Positions 35,693 through 43,816 of a DNA stretch of 64,000 nt are shown here, piece after piece. Position 1 is the first letter of the stretch. Each line of letters opens with the position of its first letter. A program made the translations under genes and the position numbers. Source of the DNA: Chitinophagales bacterium (lineage in GTDB: Bacteria; Bacteroidota; Bacteroidia; Chitinophagales; JANQFB01); NCBI GenBank assembly GCA_028278085.1, contig JANQFB010000055.1, positions 3,806 to 67,805 of the forward strand, in the 5' to 3' direction. The notes below the pieces were generated by a model. The model saw only the letters and a list, made by a program, of their open reading frames with translations. It searched no databases and was not told where the DNA came from.

Positions 35693-37201
35693 TTAAAACT
35701 TAATGCCGATGAAAGCCACATCGTCGATCTGGTTATATTCGCCTTTCCATTCTTCAAAAGACCTGTTAATGATCCGGCACTGTTCCTCCATGCTTCTATC
35801 TTTATTTTCCGCGATCAACTGTTTCAGCCGCTTACTCATAAACTTCTTATTATTAGGGCCGCCAAATTGATCGACATAACCATCCGTGAAGAGGTAAACC
35901 GCATCCCCATTACTCAGTTGGAGCGTATGATTGGTGAATTTTCGGTTAAAGTCGAATTGAGAACCTCCAATGGGAAATTTGTTGCCTTTGATCTCCAGTA
36001 ATTCCCCGTCCTTTACATAATATATCGGGCGATAGGCAGCCGCAACCTGAATTTCAAGATTATCAAGATTGATATGACAAAGCGCCACGTCCATTCCGTC
36101 TTTGGATTGAGCGCTTTTTTCATCCTGTTTCAATGTTTTAATAACACTGGCATTCAATTGGTTCAGGATCTCGGCCGGTTGAGTGATCTTCTTTTCTTTG
36201 ACAATTTCATTGAGCAGGGAATTGCCGATCACCGACATCATCGCTCCCGGAACGCCATGTCCGGTACAGTCGACCGTTGCCAATAATAATTGGTGCTTAT
36301 TTTTATCCAATGATGAATAGGTCAGGCTATTGAACCAATAAAAGTCTCCGCTGACCACATCCTTGGGTTTATAAAGAATAAATGCATCGGGTAAAAATTG
36401 GTAGATCTCATCATGCTCCGGTACCAACGCCTGCTGGATCCGGCTGGCATAATTGATACTATCGGTAATATGCTTGTTCTTGGCTTCTATGATCCGGTTG
36501 GATTCCTCCAGCGCCAGTTTGGAAGCTTCTTCCTGCGCCAGCAGGCTCTTTATCAGGCGGAACAGGAAAAAACCGACCACTAAAAATATGGCCAGTGTAA
36601 TGCCTATATTTCTCCAAAGTTCCTGCCTGGCGCGCTGGATAAATTCATCAAAAGGTTCATCGACCTCGATCACGGCGGTAACATTCCCATGCCTGTCTTT
36701 GACCGGCGCCACCGCCGAAAGCCAACTGCCATGTTCATCTTCAAAAGCCGGCAAAACCCCACCGGATTGGTAGATCCCCGGCAGCTCCTTGGGAAAGGTA
36801 CTGTACTCATGCCTGTAATAAGGATTTTCGGCCGAGGTTACCCCAAAACAATAATTTTGCCTATCGGCTTGCCAGGTAAGGGTATAGATCGGCGATTTTA
36901 ACCCGTTCAGGGTATAAGCTTCCAATAATATATCGTGTATGGCCTGGTAATCGGGATCATCCGAATTTTTTTTGATGGCATCTTTCTCCGGATACCTTGT
37001 TAATAATCCCATTAACTGATCACCGTCGATCTGCATGGATAAGGTGGAACTGATACTATGTAAGCGTGCCAGCAGATCAGCTTCCGAATTTCTGAGGAAA
37101 CTGAAATAGGACGACACGATAAAATAAACGGACAGCAGCAATAATGCTCCGAATACCGTTACCAGCAATCTTCCGGTGATATTTTTAACAATACTGGACA
37201 T
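35693..37201 (-). CDS. Membrane sensor PP2C/SpoIIE protein phosphatase
   Basis: TM, an extracytoplasmic domain of about 160 aa, a second TM, then a coiled coil. SpoIIE motifs are 'SGDFYWFNS' and 'VDCTGHGVPGAMMSVIG'. The C-terminal half is paralogous to 21925..24162. Confidence 0.8.
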   Translation of the reverse strand: MSSIVKNITGRLLVTVFGALLLLSVYFIVSSYFSFLRNSEADLLARLHSISSTLSMQIDGDQLMGLLTRYPEKDAIKKNSDDPDYQAIHDILLEAYTLNGLKSPIYTLTWQADRQNYCFGVTSAENPYYRHEYSTFPKELPGIYQSGGVLPAFEDEHGSWLSAVAPVKDRHGNVTAVIEVDEPFDEFIQRARQELWRNIGITLAIFLVVGFFLFRLIKSLLAQEEASKLALEESNRIIEAKNKHITDSINYASRIQQALVPEHDEIYQFLPDAFILYKPKDVVSGDFYWFNSLTYSSLDKNKHQLLLATVDCTGHGVPGAMMSVIGNSLLNEIVKEKKITQPAEILNQLNASVIKTLKQDEKSAQSKDGMDVALCHINLDNLEIQVAAAYRPIYYVKDGELLEIKGNKFPIGGSQFDFNRKFTNHTLQLSNGDAVYLFTDGYVDQFGGPNNKKFMSKRLKQLIAENKDRSMEEQCRIINRSFEEWKGEYNQIDDVAFIGIKF

Positions 37202-37285
37202 CGCTCGGTTTTTTTTATGTTTTCAGTAGTTATTCGATGGCTTTACCTGGGGAAAACATCCATGCGGATGGCTATTCAACAGTTT

Positions 37286-38620
37286 CTACCTGAAAATTCC
37301 CGCAAACAAGCCCCTTTTTCGTTTCAAAGTAACCGGGTTTCCCTCATTTTGCCGGTTGAATTCAGCTACTATATCCGCTTCATATTGCCGGAAAAACTCA
37401 GGATCAAAGTTGGCCGCTCCCAGGTTTTCCAATACCTGCCTGATCCCGGAATTATTTTTGATCCAATGCTCACATACTTCCTGCCGGTAGCGGATCCCCA
37501 TCAGGTTGAATCCGATCACCCGCTCATCATCGCCCCTGTAATTGATCCGGATGGATCGTTTTCCGGCGCTGTCTTCCCAATACAAGGATCTTACACCGGC
37601 TTCAGGCTTAGGCTTGATATCGCCGTAAACCTGGTACTCAATATCGAAAAACTTTGCGGAATTGAACCAAATACCCGGATCATAAGCTACGGGTTGACCA
37701 CAGATGTTATGGGCAACTGTTTTCCCCTGTATTCTGCCCGTATACCAGATCGGTTCGATCGGCCTTCTTCCTTCCGGAGGATCTTTTAGTTCGGCGCAAT
37801 CACCTACGGCATAGATATCCGGGTGGCTTGTTTGAAAATGTTGATTGACCAGGATGCCTTTATCGGTTTCCAACCCCGATGCTTTCGCCAGATCGATATT
37901 CGGATGAACGCCTACCGTTAAACCGACGAATTGGCAGGGGATCTCAGCACCGTCATTGGTGATGATCCCGCGAACCTGACCGTTTTCATCCCCCAGTATC
38001 TCGGCAAGTTCCCGTTTTTCATGGAGGTCGATCCCATGGTCCCTGATCTCCCTGGATACCATATTTGCCTCTTCGGGCGGTAAAAAATGGCTTGAAAAAC
38101 CTTTTTCCCGGATCAGGTAGGTTACCGGAATATGCCTGGAGTGCAGCATTTCAGCCATTTCCACGCCAATAAGTCCGCCACCCAGCACCACCGCACGGCT
38201 GATGTTTTCCGTGTTGGCTTCCATCAGTTCAAGATCCTGGTAACTGTACAAACCCTGCACGCCTTTCAGATTCTGCCCGGGCCAACCGAATGTATTGCTT
38301 TGAGAGCCGGTAGCCAGGATCAAATGATCATAGGACAGCGCTTTGCCGGACCTTAGCGCTATTTTTTTGCTGGCCTTGTCGATCTTCTCCACGTAATCCC
38401 GCACCAGGTCGATCCGGTTTTTTGGCCAGAACCCATTTTCATAGGGCTTGGTATGTTCATAGGTCATGTGTCCCATGTAGATATACATCAGCGCCGTTCG
38501 GGAGAAAAAATGATCCGTTTCTGCGGAGATCACCGTAATCGAATGATCCGATAATTTGCGGATAAACCGGGCAGCCGTAATGCCTGCAATCCCATTACCG
38601 ACGATAACAATTTGCTGCAT
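37286..38620 (-). CDS. NAD(P)/FAD-dependent pyridine-nucleotide-disulfide-type oxidoreductase
   Basis: First dinucleotide fold 'IVIVGNGIAGITAA', second fold 'AVVLGGGLIGVEMA', and 'YAVGDCAE'. Confidence 0.8.
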   Translation of the reverse strand: MQQIVIVGNGIAGITAARFIRKLSDHSITVISAETDHFFSRTALMYIYMGHMTYEHTKPYENGFWPKNRIDLVRDYVEKIDKASKKIALRSGKALSYDHLILATGSQSNTFGWPGQNLKGVQGLYSYQDLELMEANTENISRAVVLGGGLIGVEMAEMLHSRHIPVTYLIREKGFSSHFLPPEEANMVSREIRDHGIDLHEKRELAEILGDENGQVRGIITNDGAEIPCQFVGLTVGVHPNIDLAKASGLETDKGILVNQHFQTSHPDIYAVGDCAELKDPPEGRRPIEPIWYTGRIQGKTVAHNICGQPVAYDPGIWFNSAKFFDIEYQVYGDIKPKPEAGVRSLYWEDSAGKRSIRINYRGDDERVIGFNLMGIRYRQEVCEHWIKNNSGIRQVLENLGAANFDPEFFRQYEADIVAEFNRQNEGNPVTLKRKRGLFAGIFR

Positions 38621-39000
38621 GAGAAACGGGCAGATCCTGAAAAGGCCAGGATCCGATCAAATAGGATTTCGGGTTAAAAAATAATTCAAAAAGATACGAA
38701 TTATAGCCATTGCAAGGCATGAATTAGGGGAAAAAGATCATGAAAAAGCGGTTAAATTTAGCGAATTGATCAAAAATTGAACAAGGCGATGCGATCATAT
38801 ATCGGGAGTAAACCGGATCCGATTGGAATTGGTTCCTCAACATCATGTGATCATGATATTTCAATCGATCGTTCCCGGGATGTCCGGAACAAGCAGGCGT
38901 TTCCCGGATATTTGCCTATCCTTTGTACATTCGTGTAAACGTTTGGTACAACCAGCCGGCCGCATCGTCCATTGGTTCGGCAGCTCATCCATGGGAATCA

Positions 39001-39008
39001 TAATTTTG
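39001..39008 (+). promoter_or_regulatory. Candidate -7 promoter box (TAnnTTTG)
   Basis: 'TAATTTTG' ends 37 nt upstream of the ATG at 39045. The call rests on a motif match only. Confidence 0.3.
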
Positions 39009-39044
39009 TAAAAACATGTAAATTGCGATCATAAATAATATTTG

Positions 39045-40466
39045 ATGATGATTTTTAAAAGATTGACGATCACCTTCCTACTTTGCTGGACCATTGCTCC
39101 TTCATTCGGAACGCATATAGTCGGCGGTGAATTTTGGTACGAATGTATCGATAGCGCCGCAAACCTATACAGAGTCTCCTTGTTGTTGTACAGGGATTGC
39201 AGCAGCCCCTTGGCAGCCGAATTCGACAATCCGGCTTACCTGGGTTTATATGATACTGCAGGAAACCTGATGAACGGGCCCATCGGAACAGATATGACGC
39301 TGCTCTCAAGGGATACCCTGCTGAATACCGTTTCCAATATTTGCAAAGCAGCGCCTCCGGGCGTCTGTGTGGAGAAAGGCCTGTATGAAGTAACGATGAT
39401 CATCGTTCCAAAGGCAGGAGGCTATCACCTGGTTTATCAGCGTTGCTGCCGGAACGACGATATCATCAATATCCCGAATCCTTTGGGAACAGGCTTCAGT
39501 TGGACGGTTCAGATCCCGGATCCCGGCATGGCCGGGTGTAATAATTCACCCGTTTTCAGTATAGTACCACCCACCCTGATATGTTTACAGGACAGCGTGA
39601 TCGTCGACTACCGGGCGGTGGATCCGGATGGAGACTCGCTTACCTATGAATTATGTTCGCCAAAAGGCAGCAGTGTCATTGTGATCGACGGCAGCGTACC
39701 TGCTCCCGATCCCCTGCCTGCATTTGCAGATATGAGCTATATCCAGCCCTATACTTTCAATAATCCCCTGGACCCTCAACCGGGCAACCTTGTCGTCGAC
39801 CAGGGGATGATCCGGGGAATTGCGAATATTTCCGGGCAATTTGTTACAGGCATTTGTGTAAAAGAATATCGAAATGGCAATCTATTATCCACCTATATCC
39901 GGGATTTCAATTTCAATGTAGCGAATTGCCTGGATACAACACCGGTGGCGGATTTCATGGCCAGCACGGATACGGCCTGTATCGGTGATTCCATTCGATT
40001 CGAGGTGATCTCCCCCCTGGGCCCGGCGGTAAAATATACCTGGAATTTCGGCGATGCCGGTGGAACTTCAACCGAACAAACGCCCGTATATGCCTATCAG
40101 CAGGCTGGAGATTTTGATGTGAGCCTCAGCGTAAGCCAGGGGCCGGCCTGCTCCGCCGATACCCTCAAACAATGGTTTATACATATCGCCGACTGTGCTG
40201 CTTCAGGTATTTCGGATACCCAGGATGTTCCAACCATCCTGGTTTCTCCTAATCCGTTTAAAGACCGCTTTCTCCTGGAATGGTCATCCATCAGGCCGGA
40301 GATCTTACAAATTTTCGATATACAAGGGCAAATGGTCAAACAGATCCGCCTCAACACCACTAACCGTCAGCAAATTATGGTTGAAGATCTTCCTCCGGGG
40401 TGCTATATATACCGCCTGAATTCATCAAATTCCAGGCCGGCTTACGGGAAATTGGTGAGGTACTAG
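39045..40466 (+). CDS. Secreted Cys-rich passenger-domain + PKD protein with T9SS type-A sorting domain
   Basis: Signal peptide ending 'SFGTH'. The domain 'IVGGEFWYECID...LLLYRDC...QRCCRNDDIINIPNPLGTG' is shared with the next gene. PKD motif 'YTWNFGDAGG'. The tail is 'VSPNPFKDRF...IFDIQGQMV...GCYIYRL'. Confidence 0.8.
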   Translation: MMIFKRLTITFLLCWTIAPSFGTHIVGGEFWYECIDSAANLYRVSLLLYRDCSSPLAAEFDNPAYLGLYDTAGNLMNGPIGTDMTLLSRDTLLNTVSNICKAAPPGVCVEKGLYEVTMIIVPKAGGYHLVYQRCCRNDDIINIPNPLGTGFSWTVQIPDPGMAGCNNSPVFSIVPPTLICLQDSVIVDYRAVDPDGDSLTYELCSPKGSSVIVIDGSVPAPDPLPAFADMSYIQPYTFNNPLDPQPGNLVVDQGMIRGIANISGQFVTGICVKEYRNGNLLSTYIRDFNFNVANCLDTTPVADFMASTDTACIGDSIRFEVISPLGPAVKYTWNFGDAGGTSTEQTPVYAYQQAGDFDVSLSVSQGPACSADTLKQWFIHIADCAASGISDTQDVPTILVSPNPFKDRFLLEWSSIRPEILQIFDIQGQMVKQIRLNTTNRQQIMVEDLPPGCYIYRLNSSNSRPAYGKLVRY

Positions 40467-40616
40467 TATTCTCCTACGCTTCAGGGCGATTTGGGCATTT
40501 TCGGATAATTAGCGAAAAACGGACTCCAAATATCCTGAAATAGCCGTGTTTCTTGCCTTATGGCATGGTTTTCTAAATTATTTTTTATAAATTGCCTGTC
40601 ATAAATTCTTTGGCAG

Positions 40617-42578
40617 ATGGCTGGCTTATATCGTCCGATTATTGTATGCCTGGTATATTGGGTATTGATGGGTGCCCAGCCTGCTTTTGGTACGCATGTG
40701 ATTGGTGGAGAGTTGTATTACGAATGTGTCGACCCTAACAATCATTTTTATCGCATTACCTTATTGCTTTACCGGGATTGTACGAATTCCTCCAATGCGG
40801 AGTTCGACGACCCTGCATACCTGGGTATTTATGATGATGCCGGGAACCTGATCAACGGGCCCATCGGTACGGATCTCCCGCTGATCAGCAGGGATACCTT
40901 ACCCAATGAAACCTACCAACTTTGCCTCTTTTCTCCCCCCAATGTTTGTGTGGAAGAAGGCTTATACGAACAAACCATCCAGATGCCTCCGCTTCCCGGG
41001 GGCGGTTCTTATACCCTGGTGTTTCAAAGATGTTGCCGGAACGATGATATTGTAAACATCCCCAATCCCCTGGGTACCGGCGCCAGTTGGGAGATCCAGG
41101 TACCGGACCCCAGTGTGGCCGATTGTAACAGCTCTGCTTCTTATAACATTTTCCCACCGACGATCATTTGCCTGAATGAAGAGATCGTTTTCGACCATTC
41201 CGCAAGCGATCCCGACGGTGACTCCCTGGCCTATAAGCTTTGCAACCCTCACCTGAGCAGCCTTGTAGTGGTCGACGGTAGCGTCCCCTCCCCGGATCCG
41301 AAACCGAATTTTGGAAATGTTCCCTATAATTCGGGATTCTCCTTTCAAAATCCCCTGGGAGGAACCGGACCTACGCAATTGCAGATCGACCCGGTAACAG
41401 GCGCATTATCCGGCAGGCCTCAATTCCCGGGGCAGTTTGTGGTCGGTATTTGTGTGGAAGAATGGCGGGACGGCCAGTTGCTGACTACCAATCGAAGGGA
41501 TTTTCAGTTTAACGTGGCCCTTTGTGATACGGACCTGACCGCGGTCTTCGACTGGTCGATGGATACCTGCTCGAATACCCTGACCTTTACCAATGAAAGT
41601 ACAAGGGGCACCACCTACTTCTGGGATTTTGGCGTGGATACTTCCACCATGGATACCAGTTCGGCGGAACATACCTCCTACCAGTTCAAGGAAATCGGTA
41701 CGTATAATGTTCTGTTCATCGTAAATCCTGCCACCAAATGCGTGGATACCATGCAGCAAACCATTGTCATTTCCGATCCACCGCTAATTGTGGATTTTAC
41801 CTTTAATGATGTCTGCCTGGGAGATACCACCTTTTTTGCCGATAGTTCTTCCAGCGGCAGCGGCAGCGGTAGTATCAATTCCTGGTATTGGGAATATGGT
41901 GACGGTACCACGCATAACGGCCCCAACCCGCCTTCCCATGTTTACGAAGATACGGGCTCCTATCCCCTGTTGCTGGCCATTACCACCGACAGGGCCTGCA
42001 CCGATACCGCCAGGGGGGGAGGTTTCCTGGTGAATGTATTCCCGATCCCGACCGTCGACGCCGGATCCGATCAGACCATTATGATCGGCGACAGCATCTT
42101 GCTGATGCCCAGCTCCGGCTTTGCATCCTACTTGTGGGATCCTGCGGAAAGCCTGAGTGATTCCTCCCTGGAATCTCCGTATGCCAGTCCTACGGTTACG
42201 ACCAGCTACAACCTGAATGCCCTCGACCATAACAATTGCCCGGCATCCGACCAGGTATCCATTGAAGTGCTGGTGCCTGCTACCATCGATGTACCGACGG
42301 CATTTACGCCCAATAACGATGCCCTGAACGATATCTTTTTTGTGTATGACCTGCTCGGTTTCCAGGGAGCAGGCTTGTCAGAATTCGATCTGAAGATCTT
42401 TAACCGCTGGGGAGAGCTTGTTTTTGAATCCGATAACATCAATACGGGTTGGGACGGTAATCATATTCGAAACGGAAAGCCTTCCGATATCGGTGTTTAT
42501 GTGTGGATGGTTAGCGGTACCAAGGTAACCGGAGAGAAAATTGATCCGATTTACGGCAATGTTTCCCTGATCCGGTGA
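40617..42578 (+). CDS. Secreted Cys-rich passenger-domain + 2 PKD protein with T9SS type-B sorting domain (gliding motility-associated C-terminal domain)
   Basis: The N-terminal domain is the same as in 39045..40466 ('GTHVIGGELYYECVD...LLLYRDC...QRCCRNDDIVNIPNPLGTG'). PKD motifs are 'YFWDFG' and 'WYWEYGDG'. The tail is 'PTAFTPNNDALNDIFFV...IFNRWGELVFES...GWDG...GVYVWMV'. Confidence 0.85.
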   Translation: MAGLYRPIIVCLVYWVLMGAQPAFGTHVIGGELYYECVDPNNHFYRITLLLYRDCTNSSNAEFDDPAYLGIYDDAGNLINGPIGTDLPLISRDTLPNETYQLCLFSPPNVCVEEGLYEQTIQMPPLPGGGSYTLVFQRCCRNDDIVNIPNPLGTGASWEIQVPDPSVADCNSSASYNIFPPTIICLNEEIVFDHSASDPDGDSLAYKLCNPHLSSLVVVDGSVPSPDPKPNFGNVPYNSGFSFQNPLGGTGPTQLQIDPVTGALSGRPQFPGQFVVGICVEEWRDGQLLTTNRRDFQFNVALCDTDLTAVFDWSMDTCSNTLTFTNESTRGTTYFWDFGVDTSTMDTSSAEHTSYQFKEIGTYNVLFIVNPATKCVDTMQQTIVISDPPLIVDFTFNDVCLGDTTFFADSSSSGSGSGSINSWYWEYGDGTTHNGPNPPSHVYEDTGSYPLLLAITTDRACTDTARGGGFLVNVFPIPTVDAGSDQTIMIGDSILLMPSSGFASYLWDPAESLSDSSLESPYASPTVTTSYNLNALDHNNCPASDQVSIEVLVPATIDVPTAFTPNNDALNDIFFVYDLLGFQGAGLSEFDLKIFNRWGELVFESDNINTGWDGNHIRNGKPSDIGVYVWMVSGTKVTGEKIDPIYGNVSLIR

Positions 42579-42655
42579 CAACAGTTGATAACGACATAAT
42601 TTATTTATATTAGCAATAATTTCAACAACTTCAGTTATTACCATATCAAAAAGTC

Positions 42656-43723
42656 ATGAAACTATATCTACCCTTAAAACGACCCATAATCCTATTTACC
42701 CTGGTTATGGCGGGACTTATCCTTATTAGTCCGGAAATGAAGGCGCAGGACATTCATTTTTCGCAGTTTTATAATTCCCCGCTAACGCTCAATCCGGCCA
42801 TGACCGGTAATTTCGACGGTACCTACCGGTTAGCCGGCAACTACCGTAGACAATGGGCAAGTATACATCCGAACACGCCCTTTGAAACCTTTGCCGCATC
42901 CGTGGATATGGAGATCCCCAATAACCTGATCAAATCCGGTAAAATAGCCTGGGGCTTACAATTTTTCAATGATCAATCCGGTTTGAGCAATTTGACCAAT
43001 CAATCGATATTCGGTTCGTTGGCCTATCACCATGCCATCAATAAAGATCATGTGGTAAGCATTGGTTTCCAGGGTGGGCTGGTCAATAAACGGATCGATT
43101 ATTCCCGCTTAACTTTCAACAACCAATTCGATGGTCAGATCTTTAGCAGCGACCTTCCTCATGGCGAAAGCGGAATGAACGAATCCATGTCTTATATGGA
43201 TTTTCAGGCCGGACTGGGATGGACATCCGTGCTCAATGAAAAACTTTCGGCATTCGGTGGCATAGCCATGTTCCACCTCACGCAACCCAATGAAAGCTTC
43301 CTGAATCAAACCGACAATCCCCTGGAATCGCGGCTTGCCGTACACGCAGGCACCCAATATAAAGTGAACGAAAAAGTCGGTGTGGTGCCCAGTGTCATTT
43401 TCATGAGTCAGCGTAAAGCCCAGGAGATCAACCTTGGCGCCTCTGCTACCTATGAGTTGCAGGAAGGAAAACTTTCGCAGGCTGTCCTTTATTTCGGATC
43501 CTGGTTCCGGATGTCTGCGGGTAATTCTATTATCGATGCCGCCATACCTACCACCGGCTTGCAATACAAAAACTGGAAGCTCGGCCTGAGTTATGACGTC
43601 AATATTTCTTCCCTTAACGAGGCATCCACCTATAGAGGAGGGCCTGAGATCTCGCTAATATATATCGGCAACCTGAGCAAACCTTTGCCGATCAACCCGG
43701 TTTTACCCTGCATCAGGTATTAA
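42656..43723 (+). CDS. T9SS membrane protein, PorP/SprF family
   Basis: Contains 'AQDIHFSQFYNSPLTLNPAMTGNFDGTYRLAGNYRRQW'. Confidence 0.85.
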   Translation: MKLYLPLKRPIILFTLVMAGLILISPEMKAQDIHFSQFYNSPLTLNPAMTGNFDGTYRLAGNYRRQWASIHPNTPFETFAASVDMEIPNNLIKSGKIAWGLQFFNDQSGLSNLTNQSIFGSLAYHHAINKDHVVSIGFQGGLVNKRIDYSRLTFNNQFDGQIFSSDLPHGESGMNESMSYMDFQAGLGWTSVLNEKLSAFGGIAMFHLTQPNESFLNQTDNPLESRLAVHAGTQYKVNEKVGVVPSVIFMSQRKAQEINLGASATYELQEGKLSQAVLYFGSWFRMSAGNSIIDAAIPTTGLQYKNWKLGLSYDVNISSLNEASTYRGGPEISLIYIGNLSKPLPINPVLPCIRY

Positions 43724-43816
43724 AACCCACCACCACAAAAAGCCCATGCGAAATGATGAAGGCCACCGATCTAAATCCTGAAAAATTTAAGAACCTGTCC
43801 CAAAACTAAAATTGGA

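Noticed and set aside
37217-37789. A 190-aa plus-strand ORF overlapping the 3' part of the FAD oxidoreductase gene.
   Set aside because: The minus-strand frame carries two canonical dinucleotide-binding folds. The plus-strand product has no motifs and an implausible composition.
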